Positions 20,501 to 27,516 of a stretch of 64,000 nt of DNA are shown here, piece after piece. The stretch spans positions 288,155 through 352,154 of the forward strand of contig CAMVCB010000002.1 of the NCBI GenBank assembly GCA_947165895.1. The letters are read 5' to 3'. The stretch is from an uncultured Treponema sp. GTDB lineage: Bacteria > Spirochaetota > Spirochaetia > Treponematales > Treponemataceae. Numbering within the stretch: the stretch's first letter is position 1; the number at the start of each line of letters is the position of its first letter. The position numbers and the translations under genes are program-made. A model generated the notes under the pieces. The model worked only from the letters and a program-made list of their open reading frames with translations, did no database searches and was not told where the DNA came from.

Positions 20501-20795
20501 ACTTGTCTGGGCTAAATCTGATAATCCTGCAGACAGGAATAAAAACTGGGTAGGGCATACTCTGACTGTTGTCGCCAGAACTTTTGATGATAAGGGGTAT
20601 GTAACAGGCTTTGCATATATTGAAGGGCATACAGGTGGTGGCAAGACAAGAATTGGATATATGAATATTACGACTGATTATGCTGTTTGTGATTATGACG
20701 GTAACGTTTATACAATTGATTCCTGGTGCGGAAATTTTCTTGGAACTTATAAAAGAAAGGGCGGGGAATATGTAAAAACGGGCTGCGAAAAATAA
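14511..20795 (+). CDS. Sec-signal RHS/YD-repeat polymorphic toxin with papain-like (NlpC/P60/CHAP-like) C-terminal domain
   Basis: Signal peptide ending IYA|KGG, then a Ser/Gly tract. RHS shell entry GDPVHIFTGNF. More than 20 YD-type repeats (YDSRGNL, YDGRGNP, YDALGNC, YDRNGRL, YDAFGRL and others). Core end motif ...CDPVNFYDSTGF, followed by a 253-aa C-terminal domain. Confidence 0.9.
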   Translation: MKKIRKSFILLCLLMAGLSNIYAKGGSGSGGSGSSASGGSSSSSSGSSSSGGSSSSSGGSSGSSSSSSSSSSSSSSSSSSSSSSSGTGSSSSSSNGGSSSGSNSSSSSSNSTSSNSAGNCPSTIGYSGYPGSGRNTATGEGYAAHYSPPSKAGVTGSAMDGHISPEQEAETAASLCLANIATMENQISEINGKMENLSPDDPAYDALANAAAKLSAEVAAIRSWQEESKNVADMRNVHFKDTEVAGDPVHIFTGNFLADYVDFKARDGITGFEVKRKYSAAHSAESFGSGWICPFDSRIIRARPDDVMDCRDDINKAIELCDKGMESASKYISTYGDRFPSEKINQAFERMKGEKEKYEKLKEAIEKQLAENALIDELNSFVTYGDYGDRSQFKGAFNQFIFVNEKGDSILFHYAGGGLWIPYETAAAQKMTVYGLKENGSPSDSIDCPGGYKILFASGDQTFYSKYGLMTKKICPNGNVTIFDCGAKKDGSIILPTGEQLRVSRNNDNLIERIEGSVSGFTEYVYSEKKLVSVLDNEGIRVNFSYDSKNNLKEIHKADGKSVKLIYEFNSAFQKEMCVCVTDENGNSEYFSYNPAAGQVTHRTVDGGSEVFRYNNKGVTVYKRAVDGTESYYYPDEKGCIERKVENGLSKNYSYDSSFRISGVTYGSGGSESYSYSSNGKVSKITDSDGFSNSWNYDSRGNLTESYFNEKRISSCSYYSNGLLKSLEENSKKTEFSYNQFGYISSKTILADGKSLSESWEYDSKCRVSKYRDIYGVETKITYPDLFSRIEISGNQKKTERHFNERLFEIETIETDLKSGISYKKNVEYDGRGNPLKIWMNGKLLCEYEYMPSGKLKAYSVQGVRTEYLYDNAGRILEEKRKIQNGEKSGQKNILPGEYIISSASYRKSGNNLVVNVIKNGKAIQYIYNNRGFLIKESFPGGAYRNYSYTASGRLESISDSCMNLYRRTYFRDGSYSDSQKNYLQNSRKLDFSQRGLLKASRDFMGNETYYKYDSFCNLLEESSPACLKKYTYDKYSRPSGFSIIDFDGSVCLEEEYLYNYEQKSLFEKCGGKNKRTLFYDCWERPVKIISGEGELSLDYDALGNCIRIFDGKREALYEYSPFGTLASKVIKSGEGRELYRMERSYNLLGACVNENQMGNSVFSCEFDSAGRVKLFENNFGNSFQYDYDDDGNIKSLISGSGGKTSFSKNSYEFSIINGEKSKYSYVFNPSGSLLMEESPLGKKKQYEYDRNGRLMWQTGFSGNRQLVNRNYSDGSCSIDFYNGEKFFIRKNPLGLIQKIDSDFSSVEYEYDRGGRLSSFRDLKNNIEVFYAYDDYGRCISKKTKNNEFSYLYNSEGLVKEISEGNSSFYVQFFYDDLKREVLRHFSNGVEIKSAYNDKGLKSFSESRDSLGNLICADYIIYDDKNRIQYVCDKNCNIKHFSYDNKGRLLSATFPYSEEICLMAKKEVLDCGLYLKSDHPDGKNVNFEGEGIASINRLLQTAGNSARVPQIQYSWIEKYDYTATGAVKSVENPFGKINYEYDAFGRLMKKYSSNSKDEGMSFFWNEDNCLEKISGKNTEVLLSYGAMLRPVIIIQRDKISGNALSFEYRYDALGRRIYEKTASGMETALLYDGSGNNLLMKIPLRQNGVSDFSGLYAANNIAEGAYDFSGYSEGEGVKTGIFENAHSGARAGYNLSEKVKNTGRINEIEKSFQEDNRVCLFLNLCDGSSVRFYTGSGGLSDIDLVTADFRGNATAVFSGSSECSSLMEYDVWGNTIKSGGNEKFSGSTGKNRSAFLFYNLSSRDYCPELKCFTSMDAAKDGANWFSFCSCDPVNFYDSTGFTKNSLTDKEAYDYACAIISLAYEFSVMNYYTEGNSYFIPSSFDCADVSYAMDCLASMYAGLEANSEKAAAFRSAFAKGDVKGAAAAVCSSDFFGADSNAFIKTSAGFDRDLLANFKTYFNEHGNYKDVPAYISEMRNRADAISALRNPNIVTPGTVLVWAKSDNPADRNKNWVGHTLTVVARTFDDKGYVTGFAYIEGHTGGGKTRIGYMNITTDYAVCDYDGNVYTIDSWCGNFLGTYKRKGGEYVKTGCEK
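14583..14858 (+). repeat. Ser/Gly low-complexity tract (~92 codons) inside the RHS gene
   Basis: Almost pure TCN/AGY/GGN codons, including a run of about 25 consecutive Ser. It generates mirror poly-Glu/Asp ORFs on the opposite strand. Confidence 0.9.
20034..20792 (+). other. RHS C-terminal toxin domain, Cys-His papain-like fold
   Basis: Begins right after DPVNFYDSTGF. Candidate nucleophile in SSFDCADVSY (Cys codon 20163-20165). Candidate His in PGTVLVWAK...NWVGHTLTVV (20556-20558), followed by IEGHTGG. Confidence 0.55.
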
Positions 20796-20887
20796 GACGG
20801 GAAAAAATAGCAAAGAGGATGAAAAAAATGTAACCCTTTTTCATATTTTTAATTATATTAATAGATATAACACAGTGAGGTATTGAT

Positions 20888-22348
20888 ATGAACAAATATG
20901 TAAAACGAATTCTATCTTTTGCTGCTGCAGCTTTTGTTCTGACAGGACTTTTTGCGGCTCCAAATTCAGCTTCACAGGCACAGGCTTTGAGTGTTGTGGA
21001 AGCTTTTCAGACAACCTTCCGTTCTATAAGTGATACACTGCTTCCTGCAGTCGTAGAAGTTGACGTAACAGAAAAAAAGACTTACACAGATCCTTTCCAG
21101 GGATTTGCAAGTCCATTTGAATTCTTTTTTGGCCGCCCGGAGCGTCCTGATTCTGGAAATGACAAAAAAGAAAAACAGGATGACGGTAAGCGCGAATATG
21201 AGCAGAAGGGACTTGGATCCGGCGTAATCGTAAGAAGAACCGGGGACACCCTTTATGTTCTTACAAATAACCATGTTGCCGGTGCCGCTACAAAAATCAA
21301 CATCAAGCTAAATGACGGACGCTCTTTTGAGGCAAAGCTTGTAGGAAGTGATGAGAGGATTGATATTGCCCTTGTTTCCTTTGAAGCAAAGGATAAAACA
21401 ATCCCTGTTGCAAAGCTTGGTGATTCAGATTCTGTAATGCCTGGTGATATCTGTATGGCCTTTGGTGCTCCTTTGGGATATGCCCAGTCTGTAACTCAGG
21501 GTATTGTAAGTGCTACCGGCCGTTCTGAAGCCCACATGTCCAGCATCAGTGATTATATCCAGACAGATGCCGCAATTAACCAGGGAAACTCCGGCGGTCC
21601 TCTTGTAAATATTTATGGTGAAGTAATCGGAATTAATACATGGATTGCTTCCCAGTCAGGCGGTTCTCAGGGACTTGGATTTGCAATTCCTATCAATAAT
21701 ATTAAGAACTCTATTGATGCCTTTATCAAAGACGGAAAGATTACTTACGGCTGGGTAGGTGTAAGCCTGCTTGAACTTTCTGATGAATACAAAAAACAGC
21801 TTGGTGTTGAAGGTATTGACGGTGCCTTTGCCGCTCAGGTTTATTCTAATGCTCCTGCATTCAAGGGAGGTCTCAAGCCTGGTGACTATATCGTAGAGCT
21901 GAACGGAAAGGCTGTTAAGAATGTGAGCCAGCTTGTCCGTGAGGTAGGAAGCCTTGCTGCGGGAAGCACTGCAACCTTTACTGTAATCCGCGGTGGAAAG
22001 CGCCTTCCTATGATTAATGTTAAGGTTGAAGAACGCCTCAAGGATGTTTCTAATCTTAACAACAAGCTCTGGCCTGGCTTTATTGCCGCTCCTTTGACTG
22101 ATGAAATCAAGGAAGACCTTAAGATTGATGACAAAAAACTCAAGGGTGTAATAGTAACCGGCGTTATGGAAAAATCTCCTGCTGCTGCACTCCGACTCCA
22201 GAACGGTGATGTAATTACTGCTGTAAACGGCAAGCCTGTAAAAGACCTTTCTGAGTTCTACAATGAACTTGCAAATGCCCAGAAATCTGTAAACTTTGAT
22301 GTTTACTCAAACGGCGGAACAATTACAACTGGTACCTATAAGTTTTAG
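20888..22348 (+). CDS. htrA: HtrA/DegP-family serine protease with two PDZ domains
   Basis: Signal peptide. Catalytic triad contexts TNNHV, DIALV and GNSGGPLVN. Two PDZ-like segments at the C-terminus. Confidence 0.93.
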   Translation: MNKYVKRILSFAAAAFVLTGLFAAPNSASQAQALSVVEAFQTTFRSISDTLLPAVVEVDVTEKKTYTDPFQGFASPFEFFFGRPERPDSGNDKKEKQDDGKREYEQKGLGSGVIVRRTGDTLYVLTNNHVAGAATKINIKLNDGRSFEAKLVGSDERIDIALVSFEAKDKTIPVAKLGDSDSVMPGDICMAFGAPLGYAQSVTQGIVSATGRSEAHMSSISDYIQTDAAINQGNSGGPLVNIYGEVIGINTWIASQSGGSQGLGFAIPINNIKNSIDAFIKDGKITYGWVGVSLLELSDEYKKQLGVEGIDGAFAAQVYSNAPAFKGGLKPGDYIVELNGKAVKNVSQLVREVGSLAAGSTATFTVIRGGKRLPMINVKVEERLKDVSNLNNKLWPGFIAAPLTDEIKEDLKIDDKKLKGVIVTGVMEKSPAAALRLQNGDVITAVNGKPVKDLSEFYNELANAQKSVNFDVYSNGGTITTGTYKF

Positions 22349-22378
22349 TCAGATAAAAACATTGCAGACCTGTGATTA

Positions 22379-22414
22379 CTGCAAAAATGACGCGACCGGA
22401 AGTCATTTTTGCAG
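22379..22414 (+). promoter_or_regulatory. 13-bp perfect hairpin between htrA and purL
   Basis: CTGCAAAAATGAC (22379-22391) pairs with GTCATTTTTGCAG (22402-22414) around a 10-nt loop. No U-tract follows. It could be a weak terminator or a purL leader element. Confidence 0.35.
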
Positions 22415-22471
22415 GTAAGGAAGATTAATAATACGTTTGCCTATAAAGGCGATTTTTACTATAATGCTTCC

Positions 22472-25400
22472 ATGTATCGCTTATATGTAGAAAGACGTGC
22501 CGGCTTTGAGAATGAAGCCCGCCGCTATTTGTCTGAAATCAACAGTTTTTTGGGAATTTCCAGCGTTACTGGAGTTCGTTATTTCAACCGCTATGATGTT
22601 GAAAACGTGAGCGACGAAGTTGCAAAAATTGCTGCAACCCGCGTTTTTTCTGAACCGCAGAGCGACCTTTGTTTTGTCGAAAAGCTTGATGTGGCTGCTG
22701 ACGAAACAGAAATTGTATGGGAATATCTTCCCGGCCAGTATGATCAGCGTGCTGACTCTGCTGAGCAGTGTATTTCTTTGCTGCGTGCAGGTCTTTCCGG
22801 CGTAAAAGTGAACTCAGAAGCTCCTGTAGTCCGCTGTGCAAAAATTGTTCTGCTTAAGGGTAAGGTGTCTGAAGCTGAAATTCAGAAGATTCAGAATTAT
22901 CTTGTAAACCCTGTTGATTCACGCCTTACAGACGAGACAAAGCCTGAAACTCTTAAAATGAACCTTGAAAATCCCGGCGACATTCCTGTCGTTACGGGAT
23001 TTATTTCTTTTGATGACAAGGCTCTGGAAGACTACAGAAATAAAATGGGTCTTGCCATGGACCACGCCGACATTAAATTCCTGCAGGATTATTTTATCGG
23101 TGAAAAACGCGATCCAACCGAAACAGAAATCCGCGTACTCGATACATACTGGTCTGACCACTGCCGTCACACAACTTTCCTTACAGAACTTAAGGACATC
23201 AAAATTGAAGACGGCCCTTATGCTGACCTCTTCAAAAAATCTCTGGAAAATTACAAGGCTATGCGTACAGAAATGTATGCCGGCCGCACAGATAAGCCTG
23301 TCTGCCTGATGGATATGGCTGTAATCGGAATGAAGTACCTGAAAAAGCATGGAAAGCTTGAGGATATGGAAGTTTCCGAAGAAAATAACGCCTGCTCGGT
23401 TTACATAGACGTTCATTACACAGCAGATGAAAAGGGTAAGCCACTTGCTGCCGATGATCCTCGTGCTACTGAACGCTGGCTTATGATGTTCAAAAACGAA
23501 ACTCATAACCATCCGACCGAAATTGAACCATTCGGTGGTGCCGCAACCTGTCTTGGCGGTGCTATCCGTGACCCTCTTTCTGGCCGCAGCTGGGTTTACC
23601 AGTCAATGCGAATCACTGGTGCCGCAGACCCTACAGTTCCTTTGAGTCAGACTTTAAAGGGAAAGCTTCCTCAGGCAAAAATCTGCCGCGAAGCTGCCCA
23701 GGGCTTCTCTTCTTACGGAAACCAGATTGGTCTTACAACCGGTCAGGTAGAAGAAATCTATCATCCTGGCTATGTTGCAAAACGAATGGAGCTTGGTGCT
23801 GTAATTGCTGCCGCTCCTCTTGATACTGTTATCCGTGAGCGTCCTGAGCCGGGCGACATCATCATTCTTCTTGGCGGCGGTACTGGTCGCGACGGTATTG
23901 GTGGTGCTACAGGTTCTTCAAAGGTTCACACTGTAAAATCTGTTACAACTGCCGCTGCCGAAGTTCAGAAGGGTAATGCCGTTGAAGAGCGTAAGATTCA
24001 GCGCCTTTTCCGTAATAAGGAAGTAAGCCTTATGATCCGCCGCTGTAACGACTTTGGTGCCGGTGGTGTTTCAGTTGCCGTTGGTGAGCTTGCTCCTGGC
24101 CTTGATATCAATCTTGATGCTGTTCCTAAAAAGTACGAAGGTCTCAACGGAACTGAGCTTGCAATTTCTGAAAGCCAGGAACGTATGGCTGTTGTTGTAC
24201 GCAAAGCTGATGTTGACCGCTTTATCAGCGAAGCTAAAAAAGAAAACCTCAACGCAGTTGTTGTTGCAACAGTTACAGATACAAACCGCCTTGTAATGAA
24301 ATGGCGCGGTAATACAATCGTAAATATCGGACGTGACTTCCTTGATGCTGCCGGTGCCCACCACGAAGCTACAGCTTTGATTGAACAGCCAGCCGCTCCT
24401 GAAAAATCACCTCTCCTTAATCCTCTTGATTCAGCCGCTGCTGAATTGAACAAGGGCGTAAAATGCGAAGGCTGTGTAAAAAATCACCTGCAGGCCGCAT
24501 GGCTTGCCAATATTTCTGACCTTGCCTGCTGTTCTCAGCGCGGTCTTGGCGAACGTTTTGACGGTTCTATCGGTGCTTCAACAGTTCTCTTCCCGTACGG
24601 AGGAAAATATCAGAATACACCGGAAGCCGGTATGTCTGCCAAAATCCCTGTTGTTTCACCTCGTGAAACTTCAACTGCCAGCCTGATGACTTACGGCTTT
24701 GACCCTCGTGTCGGAAACTGGTCTCCATGGCACGGAGCAAAAACTGCCGTTCTGAGCTCTCTGGCAAAAATTACCTGTATCGGCGGTAAAGCCCGCACAG
24801 CCCGTCTTTCCTTCCAGGAATTCTTTGGACGTGCTGTAAACGAAAAACGCTGGGGCTATCCTGTTGCAGCCCTTCTGGGTTCTGTTGATGCTCAGGTTGA
24901 ATCGGGCTGTGCTTCAATTGGTGGAAAGGACTCAATGTCTGGAACCTTTGAAGACATCAACGTTCCCCATACTCTTGTAAGCTTTGCCGTAACTCACGAC
25001 GAGGCAAAAAATGTTGTAAGCGGTTCTTTCAAAAAGGCTGGAAACAGCATTTATATGGTAAGCGTTCCATATTCAGAAGTTCTTGCTCCAGACTATGAAA
25101 CCTTCCTTAAAAACAGCGACCTTCTTTACGAATTAAATAAATCCGGTGCAATCTGCGCAATGTACCCTGTAAGTGCCGGAGGTATTGCCGAAGCCGTAAC
25201 AAAAATGGCTATGGGTAATATGATTGGTGCTCAGATTGATGGCGGAAAGGATGTAAAATCACTTTTCCTTCCTATTTACGGAAACATTATTGTAGAAGTT
25301 GCGGGCGGAAAAGAAGCTGATTTTGAAAAAGCCGGCTTTGTTGCTGGAACTTTGACCCGTCTTGGAAGCACATGTGCAGATGCAAAAATCACTGTAAAAA

Positions 25401-26458
25401 ATGCTGAACTTGGCGGAGTTACTAACCCGGCTGTTGAAATCAGCCTTGAAGACTGCCTTAATGCCTGGGAAGGAAAATTGAGTGAAGTTTACCCTCGCGT
25501 AAGCGGTGCGGCACTTCAGCCTGAACTTCCTGAATGGGCAAAAGCAGTTCACAAATCTTTGAGCGATGTCCGCAAGGCTCCGGCTTTTGTTCAGCCAAAA
25601 ACCTCTCCAAAGGTTCTGCTTCCTGTATTCCCGGGCACAAACTGTGAATTTGATATGGCCCGCGCCTTTAATCTTGCCGGTGCAAATACAAAAATTCTGG
25701 TTCTGCGCAACAAGAATCCTGAAATGCTTAATGAATCTCTTGATGAACTTGCCCGCGAACTTAAAGACACTCAGATTCTCGCCATTTCAGGCGGTTTCTC
25801 TGCCGGTGATGAGCCGGACGGTTCGGCAAAGTTTATTGCCAACGTTCTGAAGGCTGGAAAAATCAGCGAAGAAGTAATGAATCTTCTTAAAAAACGCGCA
25901 GGTCTTGTTCTTGGTATCTGTAACGGTTTCCAGGCACTTGTAAAAACAGGCCTTGCCGTAACAGGCGAAATCTGCGATATGACTCCTGACATGCCGACCC
26001 TGACTTACAACAGAATCGGCCGTCATATTTCCCGCATTGTCCGCACCCGCATCGTAAGTGCTGCAACGCCTTGGGCAATGCACCCTAGCGTTGTAGACGG
26101 ACGCAATCACCTTATCGCAATCAGCCACGGTGAAGGTCGCTTTGTATGTGATCAGGCTACCGCAGAAAAACTCTTCAAAAACGGCCAGGTATTTAGCCAG
26201 TACGTTTGCGAAAAGGGAATTCCTGCAATTACAGAGCCTGATAACCCTAACGGATCTGCATTCGCAATCGAAGGTATTACATCTCCTGACGGTCATGTTC
26301 TTGGAAAGATGGGCCACAACGAGCGCGGAATCGGTCTTGAAAATGGCGGCGCAAGCTTAGACCTCTTCAAGAACGTTGGAGGAAATCCACTTACCAACGC
26401 CGACGAAAGCACCTGCGAAAATATTTTTGCAGCCGGAGTTGCTTACTTTACAAAATAA
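22472..26458 (+). CDS. purL: phosphoribosylformylglycinamidine synthase, single-chain large form
   Basis: N-terminus MYRLYVERRAGFENEA. Also has the HNHPTEIEPFGGAAT block, AIR-synthase-like repeats, and a C-terminal glutaminase domain with GICNGFQ and GHNER. ATG 22472 is preferred on homology; TTG 22409 is possible. Confidence 0.9.
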   Translation: MYRLYVERRAGFENEARRYLSEINSFLGISSVTGVRYFNRYDVENVSDEVAKIAATRVFSEPQSDLCFVEKLDVAADETEIVWEYLPGQYDQRADSAEQCISLLRAGLSGVKVNSEAPVVRCAKIVLLKGKVSEAEIQKIQNYLVNPVDSRLTDETKPETLKMNLENPGDIPVVTGFISFDDKALEDYRNKMGLAMDHADIKFLQDYFIGEKRDPTETEIRVLDTYWSDHCRHTTFLTELKDIKIEDGPYADLFKKSLENYKAMRTEMYAGRTDKPVCLMDMAVIGMKYLKKHGKLEDMEVSEENNACSVYIDVHYTADEKGKPLAADDPRATERWLMMFKNETHNHPTEIEPFGGAATCLGGAIRDPLSGRSWVYQSMRITGAADPTVPLSQTLKGKLPQAKICREAAQGFSSYGNQIGLTTGQVEEIYHPGYVAKRMELGAVIAAAPLDTVIRERPEPGDIIILLGGGTGRDGIGGATGSSKVHTVKSVTTAAAEVQKGNAVEERKIQRLFRNKEVSLMIRRCNDFGAGGVSVAVGELAPGLDINLDAVPKKYEGLNGTELAISESQERMAVVVRKADVDRFISEAKKENLNAVVVATVTDTNRLVMKWRGNTIVNIGRDFLDAAGAHHEATALIEQPAAPEKSPLLNPLDSAAAELNKGVKCEGCVKNHLQAAWLANISDLACCSQRGLGERFDGSIGASTVLFPYGGKYQNTPEAGMSAKIPVVSPRETSTASLMTYGFDPRVGNWSPWHGAKTAVLSSLAKITCIGGKARTARLSFQEFFGRAVNEKRWGYPVAALLGSVDAQVESGCASIGGKDSMSGTFEDINVPHTLVSFAVTHDEAKNVVSGSFKKAGNSIYMVSVPYSEVLAPDYETFLKNSDLLYELNKSGAICAMYPVSAGGIAEAVTKMAMGNMIGAQIDGGKDVKSLFLPIYGNIIVEVAGGKEADFEKAGFVAGTLTRLGSTCADAKITVKNAELGGVTNPAVEISLEDCLNAWEGKLSEVYPRVSGAALQPELPEWAKAVHKSLSDVRKAPAFVQPKTSPKVLLPVFPGTNCEFDMARAFNLAGANTKILVLRNKNPEMLNESLDELARELKDTQILAISGGFSAGDEPDGSAKFIANVLKAGKISEEVMNLLKKRAGLVLGICNGFQALVKTGLAVTGEICDMTPDMPTLTYNRIGRHISRIVRTRIVSAATPWAMHPSVVDGRNHLIAISHGEGRFVCDQATAEKLFKNGQVFSQYVCEKGIPAITEPDNPNGSAFAIEGITSPDGHVLGKMGHNERGIGLENGGASLDLFKNVGGNPLTNADESTCENIFAAGVAYFTK

Positions 26459-26470
26459 GTTTTCTTTGCA

Positions 26471-26479
26471 GGGGGGGGG
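26471..26479. repeat. G9 homopolymer in the purL/26518 intergenic region
   Basis: ggggggggg lies 39 nt upstream of the ATG of the gene for an exported protein. It also sits inside a TTGCAGG/CCTGCAA hairpin followed by TTTTT. Confidence 0.9.
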
Positions 26480-26517
26480 AAATACTTCCTCCTGCAATTT
26501 TTAACTGAGGATTATTT

Positions 26518-27516
26518 ATGAAAAATAATATTTTAAAAAGACTGCTAAAAAGCCTTTTTATTTCTGCTTTAGTTTTTGCCGCAGCGCCTGTTTTTGCTTT
26601 GGATAATGCGGACTTTCACCCGGATATGGATTCCGGACTTGCTGCGGCAAAAAAATCATCAAAGAATATTTTGATTTTTATTACCCAGGAGGGGGAGGAC
26701 GAGCTCAGCTCTTCATTTATGAAAACTGTGACTTCGGACCAGCTTTTGAGCCAGATTACTCCTTCCTATGAGCTGGTCGGCATGGATTTCAGCCAGAAGG
26801 CTTTTGAAAAGACTGTTGTGCACGATGTAGACAGCCCTGAAAATCAGCAGGCTGCAAAGGATGCCGCAGATAAAATGCAGAAAAATTCCCGCTTTGCGGC
26901 CCTGATTAATCCTGAGTTTACACCGGCCGTTTACCTTTTTACAGGCGAGGGCTATTATGTCAGTCATCTTGTATTAAAGGGCAGTGAGGATGCTGCGGGC
27001 TTTATGACCGCCCTCAAGGCTGATGAAGAAAAGCTTACAGCCATCCGCCAGATGATAGACAGGACAAAGACTGGAAAGCCTCTGGAAAAAGTTGCTGCCA
27101 TCGATGAAATTTTTGAAGCAACTCAGCCTGAATACCGCTTTTTTATCATTGATCTTGTAAATACAGCTCTTAATCTGGATAAAAAAAATAAATCAGGTTA
27201 TATGAACAAGTATGTCATCACAAAAACTGAATATGATGCGATGATTGCTTTTTATGACAATGACCCTAAGGCTGCTATGGCTGCCTACGAAGCTGCCGGT
27301 AAAAACAAAATGCTTACTAAGGATGAGCGCCAGCAGGCATATTATATGGCCGCCCTTGTTCTTGTAAAATCAAGCGGCCCTGAAACTATTCCCCAGGTTC
27401 TTGATTACCTGCAGAAATCTCTGGATGCGGCTCCTGCTTCAAAAAATGCACCTCAGATTAAGGAAAATATGGAATATTTCAAAAACTATAAAGCTGAAGG
27501 CGGTAAGACCGAGTAA
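26518..27516 (+). CDS. exported protein, unknown function (helical-repeat C-terminus)
   Basis: Signal peptide ...AAAPVFA|LD. GAGG Shine-Dalgarno sequence upstream. No catalytic motif; the N-domain looks like a thioredoxin-like fold without CxxC. Confidence 0.7.
   Translation: MKNNILKRLLKSLFISALVFAAAPVFALDNADFHPDMDSGLAAAKKSSKNILIFITQEGEDELSSSFMKTVTSDQLLSQITPSYELVGMDFSQKAFEKTVVHDVDSPENQQAAKDAADKMQKNSRFAALINPEFTPAVYLFTGEGYYVSHLVLKGSEDAAGFMTALKADEEKLTAIRQMIDRTKTGKPLEKVAAIDEIFEATQPEYRFFIIDLVNTALNLDKKNKSGYMNKYVITKTEYDAMIAFYDNDPKAAMAAYEAAGKNKMLTKDERQQAYYMAALVLVKSSGPETIPQVLDYLQKSLDAAPASKNAPQIKENMEYFKNYKAEGGKTE

Noticed and set aside
23998-26317. Several 80-176-aa antisense or alternate-frame ORFs within purL.
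   Set aside because: They are embedded in a continuous, motif-rich PurL reading frame.
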